A stretch of 64,000 bases of DNA from Candidatus Omnitrophota bacterium (GCA_015233115.1 JADFYJ010000015.1:450-64449), one strand, 5' to 3'; positions 11,924 to 21,244 are shown, numbered from the stretch's first letter. The notes: generated by a model from the letters alone, not told the origin. Translations and numbers: made by a program.

Positions 11924-12226
11924 AGTATGTGGTTCGTAGTATGTCGTATGTAGTAAAAACGAATGATTAAAAAAAATTTAAAACCATATTTATGCTTTAG
12001 AACTTAATTGATAAGTAAGCACATAGAAACAAAATTTATTTATTGTGACTCTATCAAATTTTATTTACTTTATAATTTTATGACCACTGTTATTTTGCAC
12101 GATACCTCTAGCAAAACAACTACTCCTGATTAATGTTTTTTAGCATTAATATATGTTTTTGCAATATATTCTACGCTTTTTGATCAATCGTTTTTCACTA
12201 CATACTACATGCCACATACTACATCC
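11924..12226. repeat. Family C inverted-repeat-flanked element inserted between rpsR and rplI
   Basis: Arm gtatgtggttcgtagtatgtcgtatgtagt. Arm aatcgtttttcactacatactacatgccacatactacatcc. ~250 bp AT-rich core. Confidence 0.7.
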
Positions 12227-12236
12227 GTATCAATTT

Positions 12237-12497
12237 TTATCTAGCACTTCCGCTCGGCAACAATGCCAGAAAACGCGCGCGTTTAATGGACGTTGATAAA
12301 TTGCGTTGCTGCTTGGCTGTGACGCCGGTAATACGACGGGGCAGCATCTTTCCGCGGTCGTTTAAAAATTTCGAAATCAAAGGGATGTTTTTATAATCGA
12401 ACTCAACATCCGGCGTTACTTGAAATCTAAAAGGCATTTTTGTTCTGAAACTCGGCCTTCTTTTTTTAGATGAAGCTTTTTCTCTGTCCAATTCCAA
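12237..12497 (-). CDS. rpsR: 30S ribosomal protein S18
   Basis: 86 aa. Basic S18 fold. Sits in the S6-SSB-S18-L9 arrangement. Confidence 0.85.
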   Translation of the reverse strand: MELDREKASSKKRRPSFRTKMPFRFQVTPDVEFDYKNIPLISKFLNDRGKMLPRRITGVTAKQQRNLSTSIKRARFLALLPSGSAR

Positions 12498-12543
12498 TCC
12501 TCCTATTTTATATGGGCGATTTATAAATTGCCCCTATGATTTT

Positions 12544-12975
12544 TTATTCATCCCAAGCAATGTCTTCGGGTTTGATAGCTTCGCCCATCGGAGCGTCTAT
12601 TTCTACATCCGGAGTTTTTGCGTCAGCATCTTTTTCCTTGGCCCCATAACTTCCTAAGAACTGAACTCGTTCCGCGCGGACATCGATGGCGCTGCGTTTT
12701 TCGCCTTCTTTGGTTTCCCAAAAACGCGATTGCAAAACACCTTCGACAAAAACCGGTTTGCCTTTACCCAAATATTGACAGCATGCTTCAGCCTGTTTAT
12801 CCCAAACCGTCACGGTCAAAAAACATACTTCTTCTTTGAGTTCCCCTGAGCTATCCTTGAATCGACGATTAACCGCGATCCCTAAATTAGCCACCGCTGT
12901 ACCACCCGGCGTATAACGCAATTCAGGATCCCGTGTTAAATTTCCGATCAAAAATACTTTGTTTAAATTCGCCAT
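12544..12975 (-). CDS. ssb: Single-stranded DNA-binding protein
   Basis: 143 aa. MANLNKVFLIGNLTRDPELRYTPGG OB-fold. Acidic C-terminal tail. Confidence 0.9.
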   Translation of the reverse strand: MANLNKVFLIGNLTRDPELRYTPGGTAVANLGIAVNRRFKDSSGELKEEVCFLTVTVWDKQAEACCQYLGKGKPVFVEGVLQSRFWETKEGEKRSAIDVRAERVQFLGSYGAKEKDADAKTPDVEIDAPMGEAIKPEDIAWDE

Positions 12976-13003
12976 TTGTTCCTCCTAATAAACCTTTAAA
13001 TTT

Positions 13004-13309
13004 TTATTCAATTTTTATGATCGCAAAACGCAAAACCTTTTCCTTTAAACGCAAGGCCGCGCGGATCTGAGCGATCGACAAAGTCGGACCTTCGAAATTC
13101 GTCAAATAATACGTTCCTTCTTTACAACGCTTAATATCGAACGAGAATTTGTGTTTTTCGAACCAGACCTGACTATTGATAATTTTCGCATTACCTTTTT
13201 GCAAAATTTCCACAACTTCTTTGCAAATGGCTTCTTTTTGATCATTCGTTAATTTCGCGTCAATGATCGTCACTAATTCGTATTTCCTGAATAGACCCTT
13301 ATTTTCCAT
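13004..13309 (-). CDS. rpsF: 30S ribosomal protein S6
   Basis: 101 aa. YELVTIIDAKLTNDQ S6 signature. Conserved position upstream of ssb. Confidence 0.85.
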   Translation of the reverse strand: MENKGLFRKYELVTIIDAKLTNDQKEAICKEVVEILQKGNAKIINSQVWFEKHKFSFDIKRCKEGTYYLTNFEGPTLSIAQIRAALRLKEKVLRFAIIKIE

Positions 13310-13904
13310 TTCCCTTCCTTCTGTTATGCGTCTCCATTGTTTTGCTAATGCCTTCCTTAATCCACATTTCCAAACAATCGCCTGCCTCGGTTATAAATTC
13401 TTTCAACCCTTTTTTTTCTGACGAGTTGAATTCTTCCAAGACATAATCCGCGACATCCGTTCCTTTAGGTTCGCCAATCCCCATCCGTAGCCGGGGAAAA
13501 TCCTGACTGCCCAAATGCTCGATCACCGATTCCAAGCCATTATGGCCGCCGCCGCTGCCTTTGGAACGAAGGCGCAACTGGCCAAACGGCAAATTAAAAT
13601 CGTCGCAAATGACCAAAATATGCTCCAGCGGCGGCGCGTATTTTTCCGTCATCCTGCGAACAGCCGTTCCAGAATTGTTCATAAACGTGGTCGGGAAGAC
13701 CAAGCAAACCTGCTTTCCTTCCCATTGTCCTAAAGCTGTTACTGCCTTTGTAAAAGAACTTGCTTGAAACTTTAATTTTAAACGTTCGGCAAAATATTCT
13801 AAAACTAAACACCCCATATTATGCCGGGTATATTCATATTGACTTCCAGGATTGCCTAATCCGACGATAAGGTAACTATTCTCTGATCCTGAAATATCTG
13901 ACAT
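13299..13904 (-). CDS. pth: Peptidyl-tRNA hydrolase
   Basis: 201 aa. LIVGLGNPGSQYEYTRHNMG signature. Confidence 0.9.
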   Translation of the reverse strand: MSDISGSENSYLIVGLGNPGSQYEYTRHNMGCLVLEYFAERLKLKFQASSFTKAVTALGQWEGKQVCLVFPTTFMNNSGTAVRRMTEKYAPPLEHILVICDDFNLPFGQLRLRSKGSGGGHNGLESVIEHLGSQDFPRLRMGIGEPKGTDVADYVLEEFNSSEKKGLKEFITEAGDCLEMWIKEGISKTMETHNRRKGNGK

Positions 13905-13910
13905 TTTTCA

Positions 13911-14627
13911 TTATTTCTTTTTCGGTTGTTCTTTCGCTGCTCCAGCTTTAGCTGCACCAGCTGCTGATGTTGCCGCAGCTCCAGGCGCTGGCTTCTTTTC
14001 CTTTGTTACTTCCGGCTCTTTTGGGCCGTCTTCAGTTGTCTCAGCCGCCGCTTCTTCACGGATCGCGTGAACCACAGAAAAAACGATAGCAGCGGGATCG
14101 TGTTTCGTCCGCACATTTTCCGGCAATTTTAAATCACTCACGTGAATGGCTTGACCAATATTTAACGCGCTGACATCGACCACGATTCTTTGCGGAAGAT
14201 CTTTTGGCAAACAGATAACTTCAATTTCCCACAAAGCATGTTCCAATGAACCGCCGGCCTTGATTCCAACGGGTTCACCTACCGACTTAACCTGAACTTT
14301 AGCGTTAATCTCATGAGTCGCGGAAATTCGGATGAAATCGATATGAATCAATTCATCGGAAACAGGGTCATGCTGTTCTTCTTTTAACATCGCGGAATAA
14401 TCGCGAAGTTTTTTTCCGTCTTCCATGACATTCAAATGGAACATGACGCTTTGCCCATGATGCTGACGCATCAATTTTTCAAAAATTTTTTTCTCTAACT
14501 GAATCGCGGTCGGCGCTTGTTTTTCACCATAAACAATGGCAGGAACTTGTTCTGCCCGTCTAACCGCCGACGTTCCTTTTTTACCGGTATTTTTTCTAAT
14601 TTGAACATCTAATTTAATTTCTTCCAT
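13911..14627 (-). CDS. rplY: 50S ribosomal protein L25 / general stress protein Ctc
   Basis: 238 aa. L25 N-terminal beta-barrel with a Ctc-type C-terminal extension. Ala/Lys-rich tail. Confidence 0.85.
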   Translation of the reverse strand: MEEIKLDVQIRKNTGKKGTSAVRRAEQVPAIVYGEKQAPTAIQLEKKIFEKLMRQHHGQSVMFHLNVMEDGKKLRDYSAMLKEEQHDPVSDELIHIDFIRISATHEINAKVQVKSVGEPVGIKAGGSLEHALWEIEVICLPKDLPQRIVVDVSALNIGQAIHVSDLKLPENVRTKHDPAAIVFSVVHAIREEAAAETTEDGPKEPEVTKEKKPAPGAAATSAAGAAKAGAAKEQPKKK

Positions 14628-14650
14628 GTGACTTAACCACTTTCTTTATG

Positions 14651-14812
14651 GGTTTTTGGTTTTTGGTTTGTGGTTTTTGGAAAAAACGAATATTTTCGAT
14701 GACCAACAACCAACTGCCATTAACCGTATTTTTTATTTTTTATTGGTTTTACAGTTTTTGGAAAAAACGAATATTTCCGATAACCAATAACCATCAACCA
14801 ACAACCATCAAC
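14651..14812. repeat. Family A element (two tandem sub-copies) between prs and rplY
   Basis: gggtttttggtttttggtttgtggtttttggaaaaaacgaatattttcgatgaccaacaaccaac, then a second ttttggaaaaaacgaatatttccgataaccaataaccatcaaccaacaaccatcaacc. Confidence 0.75.
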
Positions 14813-14816
14813 CGTA

Positions 14817-15755
14817 CTATTTATTTTCAAAAAATAAACAACTTATTGACTGTTCTTCCTTAATCCGTTTGATCGCTTCCGCTAAAAGAGGAGCGACGGA
14901 TACCTGCGATATTTTTTTAATTTTCTTCGACTCATCCAACGGAATGCTATTGGTCACCACCAACTCTTTCAGCGCCGCGCAATTCTCCAGCCGTTGAATC
15001 GCGTTACCCGACAATACCCCGTGAGTGACTGCCGCGTAAACATCTCTAACCCCATGTTTCTCGAGGGCATTGACAGCTTCAACCATAGAACCTGCCGTCG
15101 CGATGATATCATCCACTAACACTACATTCTTGCCCGTTACATTACCCAAAATATGCATAACTTCCGTTTTTTCCGGACTATCGCGCCTTTTATCAACAAT
15201 AGCTAACCCCGCGCCCAAACGTTTCGCGTAAGCCCGCGCCATTTTAATCCCGCCCACATCCGGAGAAACCACAACAAGATCTTCTAAATTTTTGCGTGAA
15301 AAATATTCACAAATCGTGTTAATACCATACAAATGATCAACAGGAATATCAAAAAATCCCTGGATCTGCGCCGCATGAAGGTCCATGGTTAGAACACGAT
15401 GCGCCCCGGCGGCCACAATCAAATTAGCAATCAATTTTGCCGTGATAGGAACCCTCGGCTGATCTTTACGATCTTGACGCGCGTAACCATAATATGGGAT
15501 AACCGCGGTGATCCGTTTTGCCGAAGCTCTACGGACAGCGTCGATCATTATCAACAATTCCATCAAATTATCATTCGCCGGCGAACACGTAGGCTGAACA
15601 ATAAATACATCCCGGCCGCGCACATTATCTTTGATTTCAACCCGGATTTCCCCTTCGGAAAAACGGGATACTAAAGCCTTAGCCAAAGGAATACCTAAAC
15701 AATCCGCCATGCCTTGCGCTAATGCCGGATTTGCGTTGCCAGTCAAAATTTTCAT
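14817..15755 (-). CDS. prs: Ribose-phosphate pyrophosphokinase
   Basis: 312 aa. Typical Prs N-terminus. PRPP-binding loop DDIIATAGS. Confidence 0.95.
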   Translation of the reverse strand: MKILTGNANPALAQGMADCLGIPLAKALVSRFSEGEIRVEIKDNVRGRDVFIVQPTCSPANDNLMELLIMIDAVRRASAKRITAVIPYYGYARQDRKDQPRVPITAKLIANLIVAAGAHRVLTMDLHAAQIQGFFDIPVDHLYGINTICEYFSRKNLEDLVVVSPDVGGIKMARAYAKRLGAGLAIVDKRRDSPEKTEVMHILGNVTGKNVVLVDDIIATAGSMVEAVNALEKHGVRDVYAAVTHGVLSGNAIQRLENCAALKELVVTNSIPLDESKKIKKISQVSVAPLLAEAIKRIKEEQSISCLFFENK

Positions 15756-17011
15756 AAACTCTTTCTCTTTCTCAATCGGGCAGGGACGCCGACAGCCGCA
15801 TAACCCGGCGGAACTTTTGTTCCTGACGTCACCACACTCCCGGCTGCTGTTAACGCGCCGCGTCCGACCGTTACAGGTGCCACTAATATTGAATCAGAGC
15901 CGATAAAAGCTCCGTCACCAATTTTGGTAGAATTTTTCTTAACCCCGTCAAAATTCGCCGTTACTGTTCCACAGCCAATATTCACATTTTTACCTAAGGT
16001 CGCATCGCCCAAATAACTAAAGTGTTTCATGAAACATCCGTCATCCATCGACGAATTATTGATCTCGGTAAAATTCCCGATGTCCACATTATTACCTATA
16101 CGCGTCCCTGGACGGAACCGCGCAAAAGGGCCGACCACACAACGGGCACCCAATTTAACATTATTTTCTATAAATGTAAAGGGTCGAATCAAGGTGTCTC
16201 TTCCGATCGTAACATCCGGGGCAATGAAAGTCGTAGTGGGATCCATGATCGTCACCCCTTCCTCCATCCAATACTTAATAATCTTGTCCCGCATTTTCAA
16301 CCCGACCATCGCCAAATGTTCCCGCGTATTAACTCCTAAGCCCACATCCGGGTCTTCGGTCACTAAAGTTTGAACTTTTAATCCTTGATTCAAAAAAAAC
16401 GCAATAATATCCGTCAAATAAAATTCTTTTTTCTTGGCATTCATTCCCACTTTATCCAATGCCGCGAATAATTCTTTACTCTTTACACAATATACACCGA
16501 CATTGATTTCGTTAATTTTTTTTTCCTCAGCGGTCGCGTCTTTATGTTCCCTGATCGCGATAGCTGCGTTTTTTTCATTCCGAATTACTCGTCCATATCC
16601 GTGAGGATCTCGCAAAATAGCAGTTAAAAAAGTACAAACAGCTTTAGTGCGGTTATGTACATTCACTAGCAGTTTCACCACTTTTTTATCCAGCAAAGGC
16701 GTATCACCGCATAGAATCAATACATTCCCATTAAAATTTTTTAGCAAATTTTTAGTACGCTTGACAGCATCTGCTGTTCCCAACAGTTCAGTTTGTTCTA
16801 CATAGTCGCATTCCGAACCAACCACAGCCCGCACCATCTCTGCCTGATGGCCTAACACAACATAATTTTTCAAAGAACCCACACCTTTTGCGACATCAAG
16901 CACATACTGGATAATTGGTTTGCCCAAAACCAAATGCAAAACCTTCGGGACATCAGATTTCATCCTGGTCCCTTTTCCAGCCGCTAATATAACTGTTCGT
17001 AGTTCAGGCAT
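15752..17011 (-). CDS. glmU: Bifunctional UDP-GlcNAc pyrophosphorylase / GlcN-1-P N-acetyltransferase
   Basis: 419 aa. LAAGKGTRMKSDVPKVLH nucleotidyltransferase motif. C-terminal hexapeptide repeats. Overlaps prs by 4 nt. Confidence 0.9.
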   Translation of the reverse strand: MPELRTVILAAGKGTRMKSDVPKVLHLVLGKPIIQYVLDVAKGVGSLKNYVVLGHQAEMVRAVVGSECDYVEQTELLGTADAVKRTKNLLKNFNGNVLILCGDTPLLDKKVVKLLVNVHNRTKAVCTFLTAILRDPHGYGRVIRNEKNAAIAIREHKDATAEEKKINEINVGVYCVKSKELFAALDKVGMNAKKKEFYLTDIIAFFLNQGLKVQTLVTEDPDVGLGVNTREHLAMVGLKMRDKIIKYWMEEGVTIMDPTTTFIAPDVTIGRDTLIRPFTFIENNVKLGARCVVGPFARFRPGTRIGNNVDIGNFTEINNSSMDDGCFMKHFSYLGDATLGKNVNIGCGTVTANFDGVKKNSTKIGDGAFIGSDSILVAPVTVGRGALTAAGSVVTSGTKVPPGYAAVGVPARLRKRKSL

Positions 17012-17027
17012 AAAATACTAAGCATCT

Positions 17028-17282
17028 TTAAAGTTGCAATGTTGCTCGCAACATCAACTTTAATGTTGACTTGCCCTTTGTAGTCTTAAAATATTTTTCT
17101 CTCCTAAGTGCGTCTTCTTTGCTTTGATAAGCTTCATAAAAAATAAGCTTTAAAGGTCTTCGTGCTTTCGTGCTCGTATTACGACCCTCATAATGGTCTT
17201 TTAATCGAGTTTCGAGGTTTTCACTGAAACCAATATAAAAATTATTGTCTTTTAAACTTAGCAAAACATATACAAAAAACAT
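17028..17282 (-). CDS. GIY-YIG nuclease-domain protein (UPF0213-like)
   Basis: 84 aa. FFVYVLLSLKDNNFYIGFSENLETRLKDH carries the GIY...YIG motifs. Confidence 0.75.
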   Translation of the reverse strand: MFFVYVLLSLKDNNFYIGFSENLETRLKDHYEGRNTSTKARRPLKLIFYEAYQSKEDALRREKYFKTTKGKSTLKLMLRATLQL

Positions 17283-17286
17283 ATTT

Positions 17287-17421
17287 AAAAGAATTCACGA
17301 CCCTGAACTACAAGAGTTCAGGCACTCATTTATTTTAAAGTAGGATTCGGCTGTGCACCCAACTTGGCACACAGCTTATCATATTAAAAGAATTCACGAC
17401 CCTGAACTACAAGAGTTCAGG
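17287..17421. repeat. Duplicated 36-bp hairpin element with an intervening palindrome
   Basis: aaaagaattcacgaccctgaactacaagagttcagg at 17287-17322 and again at 17386-17421; it contains the hairpin cctgaact/agttcagg. Palindrome gctgtgcaccc...ggcacacagc between the copies. Confidence 0.8.
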
Positions 17422-17443
17422 GCCATGAACCCTACGTGGTTCA

Positions 17444-17517
17444 TGGCTGCCCGGCATGGATTCGAACCATGAAAACAAGATCCAAATTCTTGTGTGTTAC
17501 CATTACACCACCAGGCA
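17444..17517 (-). tRNA. tRNA-Gln (anticodon UUG), 74 nt with encoded CCA
   Basis: Hand-folded cloverleaf. 7-bp acceptor stem (one G-U). D-stem GUGU/ACAC with a GG loop. Anticodon stem CAAGA/UCUUG with loop AUUUGGA. T-arm CAUGG-UUCGAAU-CCAUG. Discriminator G then CCA. Confidence 0.8.
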
Positions 17518-17559
17518 AAATATAACAATTCTTAAAAATCAAAAGGTCAAAAATAAAAC

Positions 17560-17634
17560 GGTTAATTGTTATTGGTTTTTTAAGTTTTTCGTTTTGTTGT
17601 TAACCAAAAACTAAAACCAAGAACAATTAACCAA
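17560..17634. repeat. Family A repeat tract upstream of the tRNA-Gln
   Basis: ggttaattgttattggttttttaagtttttcgttttgttgttaaccaaaaactaaaaccaagaacaattaaccaaaa. Confidence 0.6.
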
Positions 17635-17644
17635 AATTTCCAAT

Positions 17645-18052
17645 CTATTCACCCATCTCATGGTCGCTGTATGCCTGCGGCCCTTTGGCTTTTTCCTGAT
17701 TATATGCTTCTAAAATTTTAGACTGCAGATAATCCCGAAATTCCTGAGTTATGGGATGCGCTACATCACGATGATCTGTTTTCGGATCAGCGGGATGCTG
17801 TTCATCTTTGTGCAGGGGAAGACCTTTCCCGCATAGATTACAAAATTTACTACCCACTTCATTTTTAAAACTGCACGCCGGGCAATTCGCTTTAGCCTTT
17901 CTTGATGGCATAGCAATAAAAAGCCCGCTCGCTCCCTGAATCACTTTGATATTACGTACCACAAACTTATTATCAAAAGTTACAGTGACGTATGCTTGCA
18001 ATTTTTTATCTTGCCCCTGTTTGGGGAAAACTCTAATTTCTGTTATTTCCAT
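17645..18052 (-). CDS. spoVG: SpoVG-family protein with an inserted CxxC...CxxC zinc ribbon
   Basis: Real start MEITEIRVFP...VTVTFDNKFVVRNIKVIQGASGLFIAMPSRK...DVAHPI. ~40 aa containing CPACS...CNLCG are inserted in the loop where canonical SpoVG has TPDGEFR. The ORF-track N-terminal extension overlaps ispE and is rejected. Confidence 0.85.
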   Translation of the reverse strand: MEITEIRVFPKQGQDKKLQAYVTVTFDNKFVVRNIKVIQGASGLFIAMPSRKAKANCPACSFKNEVGSKFCNLCGKGLPLHKDEQHPADPKTDHRDVAHPITQEFRDYLQSKILEAYNQEKAKGPQAYSDHEMGE

Positions 18053-18071
18053 AGTGCCATGCTCCTTTCTT

Positions 18072-18929
18072 TCAAAGCGTATGCGCAACAAACACCTGTT
18101 TGAATCGCTTTGAAAAACGTTGAGCGATCTCTCTGGCCTTGGCTTGGTCTTCCACAACAGCATAAACCGAGGGACCGCTGCCTGAGATCAAAACCCCTTT
18201 AATATCAAACAATCCTAGGTTTTCCTTGATGGCTTGAAGTCTCGGAGAAACCTTTAGGATCACAGTTTCTAAATCATTTACTAATAATGACTTTAATGTC
18301 TCTAATCTATTATACTTCAAATTTTGGATAAGAATACTAACATCTACATTTTTGTTTGTCAATGGTAAATTGAGTCCCTGGTAAATCTCTGGAGTATATA
18401 ACTTAATGCACGGTGTTATAATCACATACCAAAGTTTATTTTTAATATTCAGCTTGCGAATAATATCCCCGCGCCCGGTCCCCAAAGCCCACGGAGTATC
18501 ATATAAAAAAAAGGCCACGTCACTTCCAATTTGCCGGCCATATTCAATTTGCTGTTTTTGCTCTAACTTAAGATCCCACAATTGGTTTAATCCCTTAATC
18601 ACAGTAGCCGCGTTGCCTGAACCTCCCGCTAATCCAGCAGCTACGGGAATACGTTTTTTAATATCTATCTTCACTCCCCATTTCACGTTTAAGTCGCGTT
18701 TTAACAAATCTGCCACCTTATAAACTAAATTCCTCATATCCAGAGGGACATCCGGATGGTCGCAGGTGACACTAATCCGGCCTTGGGCATTTTTCGTTAA
18801 TACAATCTCATCCCCCAAGCTGATCCGCTGAAATAGAGTCTCGATATTATGATATCCATCCGGCCGTTTGTTGACGACTTTCAAAAAAAGGTTTAATTTA
18901 GCTGGAGAAAAAAGTTTGAGTTTATTCAT
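18072..18929 (-). CDS. ispE: 4-diphosphocytidyl-2-C-methyl-D-erythritol kinase
   Basis: 285 aa. PAKLNLFLKVVNKRPDGYHNIETLF GHMP kinase. Bacillus-like position upstream of spoVG. Confidence 0.9.
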   Translation of the reverse strand: MNKLKLFSPAKLNLFLKVVNKRPDGYHNIETLFQRISLGDEIVLTKNAQGRISVTCDHPDVPLDMRNLVYKVADLLKRDLNVKWGVKIDIKKRIPVAAGLAGGSGNAATVIKGLNQLWDLKLEQKQQIEYGRQIGSDVAFFLYDTPWALGTGRGDIIRKLNIKNKLWYVIITPCIKLYTPEIYQGLNLPLTNKNVDVSILIQNLKYNRLETLKSLLVNDLETVILKVSPRLQAIKENLGLFDIKGVLISGSGPSVYAVVEDQAKAREIAQRFSKRFKQVFVAHTL

Positions 18930-19923
18930 GAATTTTAGGATTTAAAGCTTGGACTTTATGCCAATCATTAATTTTGGTTTGTACAGTTTTTTGGCCAGGG
19001 TCAAGGACTATGGACATTTTCCAATATTCCAGAGCCTTATCATTTTGATTTAATTGCTTATAAACGTCACCTAAATGATCATATAAAACCGGCTCCTTAA
19101 TCGTTTTCTCTGCTTTCAAAAGCGCATCCAATGACTCTCTGTAAGACCCCTTTTTGAAATATATCCACCCCAAAGTATCCAAATAAGCACCATAGTCAGG
19201 ATGTATTTGAAGAGCTTGTTTGATCATTTTCTCAGCTTGATCCAAATGTTGTCCCTGCTCTGCGTATAGATAAGCCAACGTATTTAAACACCCTTCATGA
19301 TCCGGTGCGAGCGTTAAAGCGTTTTTGAGAACAGTCACGGCATCCTGCTCCCGGCTGACTTCTGTATATAACGAAGCAAGAATATACAAGGCGTCTGCAT
19401 TATCCCGTTCCAGCGCGACAACATTTTCAAATTGCTTGATGGCTTGATCATATTTTTTTTGGGAATAATACAACTGGCCAAGATAAGTATAAAGTTCTAA
19501 ATTCCGAGGATCTAATGGAGAAGATTTATTCAGGATGACTTCATACTCTTCCGCGGCTTTGTCATATTTATGAGTGCCAGAATAAATCAAAGCCAAAAGA
19601 TATCTAGATTCTACATCTTCTGGTTTAAGACGGGTGACTTCCTGAAGTTCACGTTCAGATTCGTTGACCATATCCAGCCGCGCGTAGGAAGTTCCCAAGC
19701 GCAAATGTGCTAAATAATTAGGATTGTCAAACCGGACTGCTTGTTCATACTCAAACACCGCCCGATTTGACAATCCCATAAGATCATAAACTTGACCCAT
19801 CATATAATGAGCCAAACTCTTTGAGGTCGCAACCCTATCATCGCTGGCAAACGCGTGAACATTTTGAGCGGACACCATAATTCCCAACATCAGTATCCCC
19901 AAAATTTTAACATGCGCGGCCAT
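18922..19923 (-). CDS. Secreted TPR-repeat protein
   Basis: 333 aa. Signal peptide MAAHVKILGILMLGIMVSAQNVHA. Multiple TPR-like helical repeats. Confidence 0.6.
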   Translation of the reverse strand: MAAHVKILGILMLGIMVSAQNVHAFASDDRVATSKSLAHYMMGQVYDLMGLSNRAVFEYEQAVRFDNPNYLAHLRLGTSYARLDMVNESERELQEVTRLKPEDVESRYLLALIYSGTHKYDKAAEEYEVILNKSSPLDPRNLELYTYLGQLYYSQKKYDQAIKQFENVVALERDNADALYILASLYTEVSREQDAVTVLKNALTLAPDHEGCLNTLAYLYAEQGQHLDQAEKMIKQALQIHPDYGAYLDTLGWIYFKKGSYRESLDALLKAEKTIKEPVLYDHLGDVYKQLNQNDKALEYWKMSIVLDPGQKTVQTKINDWHKVQALNPKIHE

Positions 19924-19938
19924 CTTGCGTTGCCTCTT

Positions 19939-20040
19939 TTACTTAGTATCGCGTTTTTTCAAGTGACGCAAAGATTTTCTCAACTTCTTTCTCTTATGCG
20001 TTCTAATCTTACACTTTTTTCTTTTTTTTCCGCACGGCAT
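19939..20040 (-). CDS. Candidate small, highly basic protein (33 aa)
   Basis: Minus-strand MPCGKKRKKCKIRTHKRKKLRKSLRHLKKRDTK with a GAGGTGG RBS. Lies between the TPR gene and hisG. Below the ORF-track size cutoff. Confidence 0.3.
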   Translation of the reverse strand: MPCGKKRKKCKIRTHKRKKLRKSLRHLKKRDTK

Positions 20041-20061
20041 AACAATACCACCTCTTGTTTG

Positions 20062-20937
20062 TTAATAAATAAGTTTATTCAATGAGTACTCAATAATTCC
20101 GCTGGCCCCTGCTTCTTTGAGTTTAGGGATCAAATTACGGACAATATTTTCATCAATCACCACTTCTAAAGCCACCCAACCCTGCTTGGTCAAATGCGAG
20201 ACTGTCGGGTCTTTTAAAGACGGCAACAGGCTCAAAATTTTCATCAAATCTTCTTCGCGGACATTCATTTTCAAACCGACCATATGGGTCGCGTCAATCG
20301 CCCCTTTTAACAGCATGACCACCTGGTCCATCTTCTTTTTCTTCCAGGGATCTTTCAGCGATTTCGGGTTCGCGATAAACTGCGTAACTGATTCACAAAT
20401 CGTGTCCACAATGCGTAATTTATGCGCGCGCAAACTACTGCCGGTCTCAGTCAATTCAACTATAGCATCCACCAAACCGTCCGCAACTTTGGCTTCGGTC
20501 GCGCCCCAGCTGAACTCCACATCCGCCTTCACTTTATTTTTCTTCAAATAATTCTTGGTAATATTCACGACTTCCGTGGATATCCTCTTGCCTTCCAGAT
20601 CTTTCACGGATTTAATTTTTGAATCTTCCGGGACAGCCAGCACCCAGCGCACTTTGGTCGCGCTTTGCTTGGCGTAAGCCAAGTCAGCCAGCACCTGAAT
20701 CTTGGAACCATTTTCCGCGATCCAATCCGCGCCGGTGATCCCGCAATCCAAAGCTTCTTCCTCAACATAACGCGACATTTCCTGCGCGCGCAATAAGACC
20801 GGTTCCATCTCGGAATCGTCTATAGACGGAAAATAAGAACGGCTGGACACATAAATATTAAATCCCGCACGCTCAAAAACTTTAACTGTAGCTTCCTGCA
20901 AACTACCTTTAGGTAAACCTAACTTGAGCTTGGCCAT
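20062..20937 (-). CDS. hisG: ATP phosphoribosyltransferase, long form
   Basis: Start moved to [25 protein letters not shown]. The upstream 35 ORF-track codons are repeat-derived. C-terminal regulatory domain present. Confidence 0.85.
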   Translation of the reverse strand: MAKLKLGLPKGSLQEATVKVFERAGFNIYVSSRSYFPSIDDSEMEPVLLRAQEMSRYVEEEALDCGITGADWIAENGSKIQVLADLAYAKQSATKVRWVLAVPEDSKIKSVKDLEGKRISTEVVNITKNYLKKNKVKADVEFSWGATEAKVADGLVDAIVELTETGSSLRAHKLRIVDTICESVTQFIANPKSLKDPWKKKKMDQVVMLLKGAIDATHMVGLKMNVREEDLMKILSLLPSLKDPTVSHLTKQGWVALEVVIDENIVRNLIPKLKEAGASGIIEYSLNKLIY

Positions 20938-20957
20938 AATAACGCCCTTTCGTAACA

Positions 20958-21040
20958 ATGGTTGATAGTTGATGGTTTTTGGAAAAAACGAAAAACTTAT
21001 ATAACCGACAACCAATAACCAACAACCATAAACCAACAAC
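20958..21040. repeat. Family A element in the hisG leader
   Basis: atggttgatagttgatggtttttggaaaaaacgaaaaacttatataaccgacaaccaataaccaacaaccataaaccaacaac. Confidence 0.75.
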
Positions 21041-21185
21041 ATATATCTAAAGCTTACATATTTATAATTCCCAAAAAAGTAACGTATTATATCAATCCGT
21101 CTCTACTTGTAAAGAGTTTATTTTCCTTGTAAAAATATTTTAAGAAATATATAATCATCCGCACAAAACGGTTTTTCTCAAAAAC

Positions 21186-21227
21186 AATCGCTTTTTCCAA
21201 AAACCAAAAACCATCAACCAAAAACCT
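21186..21227. repeat. Family A arm in the leader of the ppiD-like gene
   Basis: aatcgctttttccaaaaaccaaaaaccatcaaccaaaaacc, 17 nt upstream of the ATG. Confidence 0.75.
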
Positions 21228-21244
21228 AAATACACGGAGTTGCC

